A DNA stretch of 64,000 bases, from IMG/VR virus record IMGVR_UViG_3300042889_001061, positions 32,001 to 96,000 of that record; one strand, 5' to 3'. Every line of letters begins with the position of its first letter. Within the stretch, counting starts at the first letter, position 1. A program made the position numbers and the translations under genes. This stretch comes from a virus. Shown here in pieces: positions 10,231 through 20,434 of the stretch. The notes under the pieces were generated by a model that was given only the letters and a program-made list of their open reading frames with translations, ran no database searches and was not told the DNA's origin.

Positions 10231-10656
10231 ATGGCAGATGATCGTAGTTTAACAGATATAATAAGATTCGCAGATCCCAGCGGAGAAATCAGTGATGCTG
10301 AAATTGCCAGTATTTCCAATTCACTGAAATTTTCAGAAGTATTAGATTTAATATCGTCTGTGAGTAAAGATAACATGGACTCTGCTAGAAACATTTTAAG
10401 TAAGCACGATCCTCGATTCAGTGTTGCCACAGAATATGCCGGTGCATCAGGCGCCCAAACCAGCGGATTTAAACCAATCAAACCCCAAGGCACAGTCGGT
10501 GCATTGCCTACTACTGCTAACAAGCCAACTAATCCAAATGGCCCTCAAGACTCAGAACAAGGTGATTTAGAAGCTATGGTCGCAGATCCGATGAACAAGA
10601 ATAAACCAGAAGTTAAGCAGATACAAAGTTTGCTACAAAGGTTACAGAATAGATGA
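10231..10656 (+). CDS. Hypothetical late protein
   Basis: ORF in operon. Confidence 0.55.
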   Translation: MADDRSLTDIIRFADPSGEISDAEIASISNSLKFSEVLDLISSVSKDNMDSARNILSKHDPRFSVATEYAGASGAQTSGFKPIKPQGTVGALPTTANKPTNPNGPQDSEQGDLEAMVADPMNKNKPEVKQIQSLLQRLQNR

Positions 10657-11048
10657 AAATCAATGACATTATTGCTGAATCATATACGGGTTTTACTGGA
10701 CGCATGAAGGACTTTGGCACTGTTAAACGCGGTGAAATTGATCAAAGTTTACCTAACGTTATGATTGAACCGCAATTAAGAAACACAGATACTTATATGC
10801 AGATGCGATACGGTATTGCATTGGCAGCGGCCGCTGCCCAGCGAGGAGAACAATTTGAACAGGAAAGTGCCTGGGCAGAAAACATCGGTATGGTAGGCTA
10901 TACTGATGCAGAAGTAGCACAGATCAAAGCTGCCGACAAGCTAATGGGTGTAAAGAGCATTAACTTGACTTCTAAAGGCAGTCAAGAACGCACCGATGTT
11001 AATTTGACAAGCCCTGTGGCTAGTGGATGGAAGAAGTTTGCAAAATGA
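10653..11048 (+). CDS. Putative internal head protein
   Basis: N-terminus MKINDIIAE resembles T4 capsid-targeting leader. Confidence 0.5.
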   Translation: MKINDIIAESYTGFTGRMKDFGTVKRGEIDQSLPNVMIEPQLRNTDTYMQMRYGIALAAAAAQRGEQFEQESAWAENIGMVGYTDAEVAQIKAADKLMGVKSINLTSKGSQERTDVNLTSPVASGWKKFAK

Positions 11049-11260
11049 AAATAGTTGAACTAGCATCCGGCATTAAAACAATGATAACCAATGAGCAACA
11101 AGAACTCGTTAAGTTAGTCAAAGAACAAACACGAATCTCTAGAACAGACCTAGACGAACGTAAACAAAAAATAGCCGAACAAATGACAGGGCTAGGATTA
11201 TTAGATAGAATATATGATGAAGAAAACCAAGCAATTATCTACAAATTATTCAGTAGATAA
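11045..11260 (+). CDS. Small winged-helix-like hypothetical protein
   Basis: ATGA coupling; MKIVEL start. Confidence 0.5.
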   Translation: MKIVELASGIKTMITNEQQELVKLVKEQTRISRTDLDERKQKIAEQMTGLGLLDRIYDEENQAIIYKLFSR

Positions 11261-11708
11261 AAAAGGCGCAGATAGGCTATCGTCAAAAGTGGCAGCAATG
11301 CTAGATGACGCTATACCTACTAACATATTAGGTATGTTAGTCACCATGAAAGAACAAGAACGCTGTCTGATATTTTATGATAGATATAGTTTAACTGTGC
11401 GTAGCAAAAACGATTACTCTATTCTAGATTTATATACTAAAGATATAATCTATGATAAAATAGCTTTATTTTCCAGTGCATTGCACATAATATTTGCTTT
11501 GCACAAAGGCATAACTAGGCAATCACCTACAGAAAATATAATATACGAACTAGATCAAGAATACTTTCGATGTTTAGAAAACATCAAATTTTATAGACAA
11601 AAGATGAATTCGGGTAATACTGAACTAATTCCGCTATTTGCAGACAGATTGACTGATGCTAAAGCAAGACTAGAAGAAACAAAAACCAAATTATCTAAAT
11701 CATATTGA
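11214..11708 (+). CDS. Hypothetical protein
   Basis: ORF in operon. Confidence 0.55.
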   Translation: MMKKTKQLSTNYSVDKKGADRLSSKVAAMLDDAIPTNILGMLVTMKEQERCLIFYDRYSLTVRSKNDYSILDLYTKDIIYDKIALFSSALHIIFALHKGITRQSPTENIIYELDQEYFRCLENIKFYRQKMNSGNTELIPLFADRLTDAKARLEETKTKLSKSY

Positions 11709-11732
11709 TAAATAATCTAAAGGATACCTATT

Positions 11733-12413
11733 ATGAATACCTCTGAAATTTTTAACCCTACACAACGTAAACAACGTGTAGTAGAAAACTTTTTAAATAG
11801 CCACTATGGCTTGAAATTAGCCGCACACGGTGATTCCGTTAAAGTACAATCATTAATTAGCAAACTAGTTATGGAAAACCATCAGATGGCAAGTACACGA
11901 GTTGGCTTTCAAAACGATGCTACTTATGTAAAGAATACGATGATTATCGAAGCACTTCGTCATATTCTTAAAGAGATTGGACCAATGCGCTCTACTCGTA
12001 GAATGAATGAACAAAGTGGTGAAGATTTGGCTCAAGCTGAACTTATCCTTGTTGCTCAAAACATGGTAGATGATCTACAAAAGATGGCAGAAGATGTTGC
12101 TCAAATGCAAACAGACGAACTAATGCCATTAGAAGAAAAAATGAAAACGACATTTGGTCAAGAACAAGGTACTGCGTTTGGCCAGTCTGCTGATCAATCA
12201 TTCGGTACATTGTTGGATGCAGTCAAGGCTGCTAAAGACGCTTTGAGTAATGCAGTTGCAGTTCTTAAAGGTGAAAGCCCGATGGGCGGCATGGGTGACG
12301 ATCTAAGCGGTGGCATGCCGGCTCCTGCAATGGAACCAACAGGCGACGAGTTTGGCATGGCTGATGCGGCAAGTGGTGAAGAAGAATTGCCAACTGGTCG
12401 CGAGTTGAAGTAA
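11733..12413 (+). CDS. Putative prohead scaffold/core-like protein
   Basis: TAAATA promoter; helical, acidic C-terminus; LKE/MNE candidate cleavage sites. Confidence 0.45.
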   Translation: MNTSEIFNPTQRKQRVVENFLNSHYGLKLAAHGDSVKVQSLISKLVMENHQMASTRVGFQNDATYVKNTMIIEALRHILKEIGPMRSTRRMNEQSGEDLAQAELILVAQNMVDDLQKMAEDVAQMQTDELMPLEEKMKTTFGQEQGTAFGQSADQSFGTLLDAVKAAKDALSNAVAVLKGESPMGGMGDDLSGGMPAPAMEPTGDEFGMADAASGEEELPTGRELK

Positions 12414-12739
12414 TGCGTTTATACGAATTTGTCGACAGCGACGAACAAGTTTTGGGAATTATCAAGCCTTTGCTTTTACGAGCAAAGGCCGAAGGTGCTG
12501 TCTCTATTCCTACTAATCAATTAATTAATGATTTAAATGATTCTAGTATAACACCTGAACTATTAGTTCACATTCTTAACAAGCATAGAAAAGATTTAAA
12601 CAATATTATTACAACAGCTACATATGATTCGATTGTATTAAACAATAATGAAATTAAATCTATGACCAGTAATTATGATAAAGATGTTAATAAAATGAAA
12701 AGCACAGCACTGAAACAAGCAATGGATAAATTAAAATGA
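12413..12739 (+). CDS. Putative internal head protein
   Basis: MRLYEF N-terminus. Confidence 0.45.
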   Translation: MRLYEFVDSDEQVLGIIKPLLLRAKAEGAVSIPTNQLINDLNDSSITPELLVHILNKHRKDLNNIITTATYDSIVLNNNEIKSMTSNYDKDVNKMKSTALKQAMDKLK

Positions 12740-13056
12740 TAGCATCGATTATGTTAACTGCTACTCAAGCTAGAAGTAAAGCTCAAAATGACTTGGTCAT
12801 TTTCAACGAAGTTAGAGCCATTGAATTAGCCATTTTAACTGCCAGTGCCGCTGGCAGCTATGATATAACATTAGCTACTACTACTATGTCAACTAGTGTA
12901 CTATATGCCAATGTCTGGAAGGGTGTAATTTCCGACAGAGCAAAAGAAATCCAAATGTCAAGTATAATTAAGTATTTTACTGATTTGGGTTATAATGTTG
13001 AACGCAGATCCAATCCAGTTACTGGCACAACATTCGATTGGCAAGTTTACTGGTAA
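12736..13056 (+). CDS. Hypothetical late protein
   Basis: ORF in operon. Confidence 0.55.
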   Translation: MIASIMLTATQARSKAQNDLVIFNEVRAIELAILTASAAGSYDITLATTTMSTSVLYANVWKGVISDRAKEIQMSSIIKYFTDLGYNVERRSNPVTGTTFDWQVYW

Positions 13057-13099
13057 TATATAACTAGACTATACACTGATTTTAGTGTATAATGTGTAT

Positions 13100-13765
13100 A
13101 TGCTATTAAATCCAATTTACGAATACAAAAAACTCAATCGTGACGAAACTACAGGCAAGCGTCTTTATGCTTGCCCTGACGGAACAAAAGTTCCCAGCGT
13201 CACAACAGTGCTAGACTCGACCAAAGATAAAACATTCTTAATTGAATGGCGCAAACGTGTGGGTGATGCCGAAGCAACTCGTATTAGCACAGAGTCTGCG
13301 GGTCTGGGCACACTGATGCACACACATTTAGAATATCATGTACTAGGTAAAGAACGTCCACAAGGTAACAACCAAGTTCAGATACTGGCTCGTGACATGG
13401 CTGATACTATGATTAATCAAGCCTTCTGTGACATTGAAGAGGTATGGGGCATTGAAGCACCTTTATACTACCCCGGACTGTATGCAGGTACTAGTGATAT
13501 GATCGGAGTACATAAAGGAACTCCAGCAATCATTGACCATAAGACAACTAAAAAGCCTAAGAAGAGAGAATGGATCGAAGATTACTTTCTACAATGTTGC
13601 GCCTATGCATTGGCACATAATGAAGTACATGGTACTAATATTAAAAAATGTGTAATTAACATTATTGACCGAGATGCTAAACTACAACCATTTATCATAG
13701 AAGGCAACGAGTTTGATCACTACAGTGATCTCTGGGCTCAGCGTCTTGATCAGTATTATAAATAA
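13100..13765 (+). CDS. PD-(D/E)xK exonuclease (MGME1/phage exonuclease-like)
   Basis: PSVTTVL, GTLMH, YAGTSD, IIDHKT, YFLQCCAYA. Confidence 0.85.
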   Translation: MLLNPIYEYKKLNRDETTGKRLYACPDGTKVPSVTTVLDSTKDKTFLIEWRKRVGDAEATRISTESAGLGTLMHTHLEYHVLGKERPQGNNQVQILARDMADTMINQAFCDIEEVWGIEAPLYYPGLYAGTSDMIGVHKGTPAIIDHKTTKKPKKREWIEDYFLQCCAYALAHNEVHGTNIKKCVINIIDRDAKLQPFIIEGNEFDHYSDLWAQRLDQYYK

Positions 13766-13772
13766 GCATCTA

Positions 13773-14225
13773 GTGGAAAACAATTTAAGCATCTGGTACA
13801 AGACTACTACAGAAAAAATCCTAGCTTGGAGAGAGCTAAGACAAAATGCTGTAGATATGTCAGTGGACGGTTTAATTGAAGCAGTCAATACATGGTGGAC
13901 ATTTTCACCGTGGGTACGTAAAACAATAGATCCTTACAAGCCAGAAACATGGCCCAGTCCTTGGGATATGATCAATCGTGGTGAATTTTGTCGCAGTGCT
14001 ATTGCATTGGGACAAGCATATACACTTTGGATAACTGCACCCAATAGCAATGTAGAGCTATGGTTGGTAAATAATTTCAGCGAAAAAGATGTACATCTAG
14101 TAGTAGTTATTGATGAGAAGACAGTGCTAAATTATACTCTAGGTCATGTATTGGGTATTGAAGAATGCGACTTTGAGACTTTAAACAAGATCGTCAAAAG
14201 CGATTTAGCCCACATTAAAATATAA
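13773..14225 (+). CDS. Transglutaminase-like cysteine peptidase-fold protein
   Basis: GEFC...AIALG, HLVVVID, VLN fit a Cys-His-Asp/Asn arrangement; TATAAATA upstream. Confidence 0.45.
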   Translation: MENNLSIWYKTTTEKILAWRELRQNAVDMSVDGLIEAVNTWWTFSPWVRKTIDPYKPETWPSPWDMINRGEFCRSAIALGQAYTLWITAPNSNVELWLVNNFSEKDVHLVVVIDEKTVLNYTLGHVLGIEECDFETLNKIVKSDLAHIKI

Positions 14226-14293
14226 CAGAATTATTACAGTGCAGAGTTAAATAGAATACTAAAATTAAAATAGCAGATAAGGAAAAGAATAGA

Positions 14294-16627
14294 ATGACAA
14301 CATCGGCCCGAGCCATCACTGTTATCAAGCGCAGTGGAGAAAAAGAAGAATTGATGATTGAAAAATGGCAGGCACAGATTACTAAAATATGTTCTGGAAT
14401 TGCTGATGTCAGTCAAAGTATGGTTGAAATCAAAGCACAGCCACAATTCTATGATGGTATTACCACACAAGAAATTGATGAGATTACACTACGAGCCATT
14501 GTTAACCTCATTGATGTAGAAGCCAATCCGGATATCGGACACACAAATTATCAATACGTAGCAGGCAAGCAACGTCTAAGTATGCTACGGAAAGATGTCT
14601 ATGGTAGTTATGAAGTACCACGCCTTTATGACATCGTTAAAAAGAATGTAGCAACAGGCCTTTATACTAGTGAACTTCTTGATTGGTACACAGAAGAAGA
14701 TTGGAACAAGATGAATGACATGCTTGACCACGAAAAGGACGAACAATATAGCTATGCGGCTATTGAACAACTTATTGAAAAATACTTAGTAAAGAATCGT
14801 AGTACGAAAGAAACATATGAAACTCCTCAAATTAGATACATGGTCGCCGCCGCTACTGTCTTTCATAAAGAAGAACCTAATGCGGCCCGTATGCGTTATA
14901 TCAAAGAATACTACAACGCTGCCAGTGATGGGCTATTTACTCTTGCTACTCCTGTTCTTGCTGGGCTTGGTACTCCTACGAAACAATTTTCATCTTGCGT
15001 TCTTATTAGATCAGATGATGATTTGGATAGTATTTTCGCGTCTGGTGAAATGATGGCCAAGTATGCCAGCAAACGTGCTGGCATTGGTTTAGAGATTGGA
15101 CGATTACGTCCTTTAGGAAGCCCTATTAGGGGCGGCGAAATCATGCACACAGGTATGATTCCATTTTTAAAGAAATGGTTTGGAGATTTACGTTCATGTT
15201 CACAGGGAGGAATTCGCAATGCAAGTGCTACTATCTTTTATCCAATCTGGCATCACCAGTTTGACGACCTTATTGTACTCAAGAACAACCAAGGAACAGA
15301 AGAAACCCGAGTCCGTCATATGGATTATGGGGTTGTGCTTAGTGCTCTATTCTGGAGACGATTCAAAAACAAAGAACAAATAACATTCTTTGATCCTAAT
15401 GAAGTGCCTGATTTATACCAAGCATTTTATTCTAACACAAAACTATTTGAAGAGCTTTATGTTAAGTATGAAAATACTCCGGGCCTTCGTACAAAAACAA
15501 TGTCAGCCGAAGAAGTATTCAAGTCTGGCATCTTAAAAGAACGCACAGATACAGGACGTATCTACTTAGTGTTCATCGACAACGTGATGAATCAAGGACC
15601 ATTTGATCCTGAGTATCACACCATTTACCAGAGTAATCTTTGCTGTGAAATACTTTTACCTACTAAGTCCTTTAAACGTCTGGATGACGATAGCGGTCGT
15701 ATCGCACTTTGCACCTTGGGCTCAATCAATTGGGGTGCGTTCCGTAACCCAGAAGACATGCGCCGTGCTTGCCGTATACTGCATCGTAGCCTCAACAATA
15801 TTCTTGACTATCAAGACTTTCTTTCCATCCAGTCTAAACTATCCAACGACGAAATCAGACCACTGGGAATCGGTATCACCAATCTCGCCTACTGGCACGC
15901 CAAGCGAAGCCTCAAGTACGGAGAACGAGACTCCTTGGCTGAAGTCAAGACGTGGATGGAACATCAAGCCTACTACCTAACTGAAGCCAGTGTAGAACTT
16001 GCCAAAGAACGTGGCAAGTGCTTAGGCAGTGATCATACTCGTTATGGACAAGGTACATTCCCGTGGGAACTACGTGCCAAAGGAGTGAACGAATTAACTG
16101 ACTTTGCTCCGGAACTTGATTGGGAGACATTACGCAGTCAAATGAAGGAACACGGTGTTCGCAATGCTACACAAATGGCTGTAGCACCAGTTGAATCTAG
16201 TTCAGTTGTTATTAATAGTACAAATGGTATTGAAATGCCCATGTCGTTAATTAGTACTAAAGAAAGTAAAGCAGGATCATTTACACAGGTTGTTCCTGAG
16301 TATCATAAACTAAAGAACAAGTATCAGTTAATGTGGGAACAAAAAGACTGTGACGGTTATTTAAAAACTGCCGCAGTTATTGCTGCCTACGTTGATCAAA
16401 GTATCAGTACCAACACATTCTACAATCCTGCTCACTTTGCAGATAGAAAAGTTCCTACAACGTTGATTGCCAAGAACCTGATGCAGAGTCATTACTGGGG
16501 ATTAAAGACATTTTACTATAGTTTGATTAACAAAGCAGGCAGTAAAGCAGTTGCAGAAGATGCACCCGCTATGTTAGAACCTATAAACTTTGATGACGAA
16601 GAAGACTGTGAAAGTTGTAAACTATAA
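14294..16627 (+). CDS. nrdA: Ribonucleotide reductase class Ia alpha subunit
   Basis: ATP cone VIKRSG, SSCVL, QSNLCCEI, APVESSS, GLKTFYY, C-terminal CESC. Confidence 0.97.
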   Translation: MTTSARAITVIKRSGEKEELMIEKWQAQITKICSGIADVSQSMVEIKAQPQFYDGITTQEIDEITLRAIVNLIDVEANPDIGHTNYQYVAGKQRLSMLRKDVYGSYEVPRLYDIVKKNVATGLYTSELLDWYTEEDWNKMNDMLDHEKDEQYSYAAIEQLIEKYLVKNRSTKETYETPQIRYMVAAATVFHKEEPNAARMRYIKEYYNAASDGLFTLATPVLAGLGTPTKQFSSCVLIRSDDDLDSIFASGEMMAKYASKRAGIGLEIGRLRPLGSPIRGGEIMHTGMIPFLKKWFGDLRSCSQGGIRNASATIFYPIWHHQFDDLIVLKNNQGTEETRVRHMDYGVVLSALFWRRFKNKEQITFFDPNEVPDLYQAFYSNTKLFEELYVKYENTPGLRTKTMSAEEVFKSGILKERTDTGRIYLVFIDNVMNQGPFDPEYHTIYQSNLCCEILLPTKSFKRLDDDSGRIALCTLGSINWGAFRNPEDMRRACRILHRSLNNILDYQDFLSIQSKLSNDEIRPLGIGITNLAYWHAKRSLKYGERDSLAEVKTWMEHQAYYLTEASVELAKERGKCLGSDHTRYGQGTFPWELRAKGVNELTDFAPELDWETLRSQMKEHGVRNATQMAVAPVESSSVVINSTNGIEMPMSLISTKESKAGSFTQVVPEYHKLKNKYQLMWEQKDCDGYLKTAAVIAAYVDQSISTNTFYNPAHFADRKVPTTLIAKNLMQSHYWGLKTFYYSLINKAGSKAVAEDAPAMLEPINFDDEEDCESCKL

Positions 16628-17277
16628 TGTTAGAAACAATTTGTGAAGTTTTAGAAGACGCTTATAAGCGTAACTGGATTACCAGCCGTGATGGTAACGT
16701 CAGCATCCGTCACCATGATCGTGATCACTTTTACATCACACCTTCGGGTGTGCGTAAGCAGACTCTGCAACCAGATCAGTTTAAAAAGATGGGTATCGAG
16801 AAAGGTTACTGGAACCAACCTCCTCAAATTTACTATGCAAGCAAGGAATTAGAGTACACTGATATTAGTGAAAAGTTAAAACCCAGCGGAGAACTTCCCT
16901 TGCACTTCGGCCTACAAAAAGAAATGGGTCAACACAGCAACGATGTGCGAGTAGTTGTACATGTTCATCCCACTTACTGTATTGCAGCCATGCACGCCGG
17001 CATAGATCTTAGTACTATCAGCGATGCATTTCCAGAACTCAATCGTTACACACGAGTAGCACCCAATGTAGGCGATGTGCCTCCTATCAGTCAAGAGCTT
17101 GCCGATCAGTGTCATAAGAATCTACAGTTAGATGATCTTGGTAATATTGCCTATGATATTGTAGGTATCAAAGGTCATGGTGTTGTGGCCATTGATACAA
17201 GCCCGTGGCGGGCATACGAGCATATCGAACGATTAGAACATATTTGCCGGATAGTACTGGCCAGCGGAAAATATTAA
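16627..17277 (+). CDS. Class II aldolase/adducin-family protein
   Basis: DGNVS, ITPSG, PSGELPLH, VVHVHP, KGHGVV. Confidence 0.9.
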   Translation: MLETICEVLEDAYKRNWITSRDGNVSIRHHDRDHFYITPSGVRKQTLQPDQFKKMGIEKGYWNQPPQIYYASKELEYTDISEKLKPSGELPLHFGLQKEMGQHSNDVRVVVHVHPTYCIAAMHAGIDLSTISDAFPELNRYTRVAPNVGDVPPISQELADQCHKNLQLDDLGNIAYDIVGIKGHGVVAIDTSPWRAYEHIERLEHICRIVLASGKY

Positions 17278-17889
17278 ATGACAGTGTTGCCCCAGCTGGG
17301 TGATGTAGATGTATTTGACAGCATAGCCATCGATGATCTTTGGTGTGTGGATAAACTAATCTTATCAAAAAAATTAGGTTATACATGTGGGCCTGCAGGT
17401 ATATCGCCCCCAGCGCCTAGACAATATGTAGTGCGTCCTATTGTAAATCTAAAATCAATGAGTGTTGGTGCCACAATACAATATCTAGATTCAGATTCGA
17501 TTCCAGATGGTTATTTCTGGTGCGAGCTGTTTGCTGGCCGTCATATGAGTTTTGATTACCACTGGGGCAAACAAACACTGGCAGTGGAAGGATTTAGAAC
17601 AGATCCACTACGCTTGGACAGATTTAGTCAATGGACAAAAATCAACGAAGTATTTGCATTGCCAGATGTACTGCAAACAGTTGCAGACCGCAATGAGTGG
17701 TTGAATGTGGAAGTGATAGGTGATAGGGTAATTGAAGTACATTTTAGATACAATGATGACTTTGCCAATCATGATGCCGCTACTATCGTACCAGTCTGGC
17801 GCGACGAGTTTTACCCCAGTCCCGCAGGTGATAGACTGGGATTTATATTAAAAGATAATATCGAATTAACAAAACAGGATAACAAATGA
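17278..17889 (+). CDS. ATP-grasp-like hypothetical protein
   Basis: YVVRP, GRHMSFDY, LNVEVIG..VIEVHFR resemble ATP-grasp C-terminal motifs. Confidence 0.45.
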   Translation: MTVLPQLGDVDVFDSIAIDDLWCVDKLILSKKLGYTCGPAGISPPAPRQYVVRPIVNLKSMSVGATIQYLDSDSIPDGYFWCELFAGRHMSFDYHWGKQTLAVEGFRTDPLRLDRFSQWTKINEVFALPDVLQTVADRNEWLNVEVIGDRVIEVHFRYNDDFANHDAATIVPVWRDEFYPSPAGDRLGFILKDNIELTKQDNK

Positions 17890-18986
17890 GTAAAGAACAA
17901 TATAACTTAACAACAAAAACAGACTACCTAAGTCGCAAGATGTTTCTGGATCCAGCTGGTCCAGTTACTATTCAACGATTCGAAGAAGTCAAATATAAAA
18001 AAATTGCAGATTATGATGCAACTGCACGTGGCTTCTTTTGGCAACCAGAAGAAGTAAGTCTTACAAAAGACAGCAATGATTTTAAAGAAGCCAGTGATGC
18101 AGTCAAACATATCTTTACCAGCAACCTGCTACGTCAAACCGCACTAGATAGTCTACAAGGTCGTGGTCCAACACAGGTATTCACTCCGGTATGTTCATTA
18201 CCAGAAGTAGAAGCACTGATGTATAACTGGGGATTCTTTGAAACCAACATTCACAGTAAGAGTTATAGCCATATTATCCGCAACATCTATAACGTACCCA
18301 AAGATGTATTCAATACTATTCACGACACTAAAGAAATTGTAGACATGGCAAGTAGTGTTGGCAAATATTATGATGCGCTACATTTAATAAACTGCCGCAA
18401 GGAAGTGGGAGAAGTAATTGACGAGCATGAACACATCAAGGCTATCTGGATGGCACTGAATGCTAGCTATGCATTAGAAGCATTTCGCTTTATGGTTAGC
18501 TTTGCTACAAGTTTAGCCATGGTAGAGAACAAAATCTTTATTGGTAACGGTAACATTATCAGTTTGATTCTACAAGACGAATTGTTGCACAAAGGCTGGA
18601 CTGCTTATTTGATCAATCAAGTTGTCAAGGAAGATTCACGCTTTGTCAAAGCCAAACAAGAATGCGAGTCAGAAGTTTATGCTTTGTATGTAGATGTTAT
18701 TCGTGAAGAAAAAGCCTGGGCAGATTACTTGTTCAAGAAAGGTCCGGTTATTGGATTGAACGCTGCCATCTTAAAAGAGTTTGTTGATTACACAGCAGTA
18801 TCTGCATTAAAGGATATCGGTATTAAATATCAAAGTCCGGCCCCTAAATCAACTCCTATTCCTTGGTTTAACAAGCACAGTGACACTAGTAAAAAACAAA
18901 CTGCATTGCAGGAAAATGAAAGCACCAATTATGTTATTGGTATAATGAGCGACAGCATCGATTATGATGTATTACCAACTTTATAA
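17886..18986 (+). CDS. nrdB: Ribonucleotide reductase class Ia beta subunit
   Basis: FFWQPEEV, ETNIHSKSY, EAFRFMVSF, DELLH. Confidence 0.97.
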   Translation: MSKEQYNLTTKTDYLSRKMFLDPAGPVTIQRFEEVKYKKIADYDATARGFFWQPEEVSLTKDSNDFKEASDAVKHIFTSNLLRQTALDSLQGRGPTQVFTPVCSLPEVEALMYNWGFFETNIHSKSYSHIIRNIYNVPKDVFNTIHDTKEIVDMASSVGKYYDALHLINCRKEVGEVIDEHEHIKAIWMALNASYALEAFRFMVSFATSLAMVENKIFIGNGNIISLILQDELLHKGWTAYLINQVVKEDSRFVKAKQECESEVYALYVDVIREEKAWADYLFKKGPVIGLNAAILKEFVDYTAVSALKDIGIKYQSPAPKSTPIPWFNKHSDTSKKQTALQENESTNYVIGIMSDSIDYDVLPTL

Positions 18987-18997
18987 AGAAAGACATT

Positions 18998-19426
18998 ATG
19001 AAAATCAACGAAGTAGTAGCACAAATTAATGATGCGTGGTTTGAACAAGGTAGTTTCAAAACATTTAAAAAGCCAGCCAAAGAACGCTATGAGATTGCCC
19101 GACAAGCTGGCACAGTTCAAACATTAGAAGGTCCTGTTAATTATGAAGCAGGACATTACATTATGACTGGTCCTAAAGGCGAGCAATATCCAATTACTGC
19201 CGAGAAGTTCAACGCACTGAAAGATGATCAAGGTAACGGCATTGCTACTCCCAAGAAGATTCCCAAGATTGCTAAACTTGCTGATCATAATGGAGTTATT
19301 CACACATCATGGGGCGACTTGAATTACACAACAGGCAACGACTATATTGTTAGACACGCCGCCAACGATTACGGTGCAGTAAAGAAAGATATCTTTGCAC
19401 AAACATATGATACAACAGGAATCTAA
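18998..19426 (+). CDS. PGDYG-like repeat protein
   Basis: Two internal repeats TLEG...GHYI...GEQYPI and TSWG...GNDYI...DYGAV. Confidence 0.6.
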   Translation: MKINEVVAQINDAWFEQGSFKTFKKPAKERYEIARQAGTVQTLEGPVNYEAGHYIMTGPKGEQYPITAEKFNALKDDQGNGIATPKKIPKIAKLADHNGVIHTSWGDLNYTTGNDYIVRHAANDYGAVKKDIFAQTYDTTGI

Positions 19427-19585
19427 ATGCAAATTAGAGTAAAAGAGAATCCAGAAGAATTTGGTAGCTGTGGATGCGGCCGCAGTCCAGATGGCAAGTG
19501 CATCGGCTGGCACGGACTAACCGAAGAACAATATCAAACAGCGTTAGACGAATATGAAAAGAATTTATTTGAGGATGAAGAATGA
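19427..19585 (+). CDS. Small CDGSH-like iron-sulfur protein (52 aa, not in ORF track)
   Basis: Translates MQIRVKENPEEFGSCGCGRSPDGKCIGWHG...; C-x-C-G-x-S-x4-C-x-G-x-H. Confidence 0.65.
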   Translation: MQIRVKENPEEFGSCGCGRSPDGKCIGWHGLTEEQYQTALDEYEKNLFEDEE

Positions 19586-19821
19586 AAATAGAAATTTATA
19601 CAAAGGACTCATGTCCATACTGCACACAAGCCAAGAACTTGTTTAAAAGCAAAGGCTGGGAGTTCACAGAACACTATATCACAGCAGAAACAAGAGAAAC
19701 ATTGTTAGAAAATCTAACAACAAGATTGGGGTCAGCACCACGCACAGTGCCTCAAATCTTTATCGATGATCAGGCCATTGGAGGTTATACTGATCTAGTC
19801 TCGTGGTTAAAAACTCAATAA
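19582..19821 (+). CDS. Glutaredoxin
   Basis: CPYC, TVPQIF, IGGYTDL. Confidence 0.95.
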   Translation: MKIEIYTKDSCPYCTQAKNLFKSKGWEFTEHYITAETRETLLENLTTRLGSAPRTVPQIFIDDQAIGGYTDLVSWLKTQ

Positions 19822-19829
19822 ATACATAT

Positions 19830-20138
19830 ATGTTAAAAGAAAACAAAATTGGTCATACAGTCAGTATGAAACTAGCCAACGGCGACGAAGTCGTGGGCAA
19901 AATTACAGGTCAAACCGCAGAGGGTCTTACTATCAGTAAGCCTGTTATTTTAGCTGCCAGCAGAGATGGATTACAAATGATTCCTTTCATGATGACTGCT
20001 GAACCCAACAGCGACTTTGTATTCAAAGCACATACAATTATGTGCGTTGCAGACACTAACGATCAAGTAGCAGATGCTTATCTTGAAAGTACAACTGGAA
20101 TCAAACCAGTAAGAAATTCAAGTAGTATTATATTATAA
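19830..20138 (+). CDS. Sm-like fold hypothetical protein
   Basis: VSMKLANGDEVVGKI; TAAATA upstream. Confidence 0.5.
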   Translation: MLKENKIGHTVSMKLANGDEVVGKITGQTAEGLTISKPVILAASRDGLQMIPFMMTAEPNSDFVFKAHTIMCVADTNDQVADAYLESTTGIKPVRNSSSIIL

Positions 20139-20139
20139 T

Positions 20140-20415
20140 ATGCCACAAGTACATAGATTAACTGATGACAATACTGCTGGTGCCCCTATCATCACAGTAA
20201 TTCAAAACTCTGTGTACACAAACTATTTGTTGACTAGTGTAGATGGCAGTCCAGTTGCAGGACACGGGCCTGGAGTTCACGCCGGCCCGGTGACTGCTAA
20301 TGGCAGTCCTAATGTATTCATTGAATATATACCTGTAAATAGACTGGGCGATCCTGACACTTGCGGACATCCTAGAGCAATAGGTAGTCCGGATGTCTAT
20401 GCCAATGGCGGTTAA
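20140..20415 (+). CDS. PAAR-family spike tip protein
   Basis: VHRLTD, GSPNVFI...VNRLGD..TCGH, GSPDVY. Confidence 0.85.
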   Translation: MPQVHRLTDDNTAGAPIITVIQNSVYTNYLLTSVDGSPVAGHGPGVHAGPVTANGSPNVFIEYIPVNRLGDPDTCGHPRAIGSPDVYANGG

Positions 20416-20434
20416 ATGCTAGGTAAATACTAGT

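Noticed and set aside
13100-13765. Cas4 call for the exonuclease
   Set aside because: Lacks the four-Cys Fe-S arrangement and has no cas context; it is a generic phage PD-(D/E)xK exonuclease.
14294-18986. Introns or inteins in nrdA/nrdB
   Set aside because: Both ORFs are continuous and of normal length.
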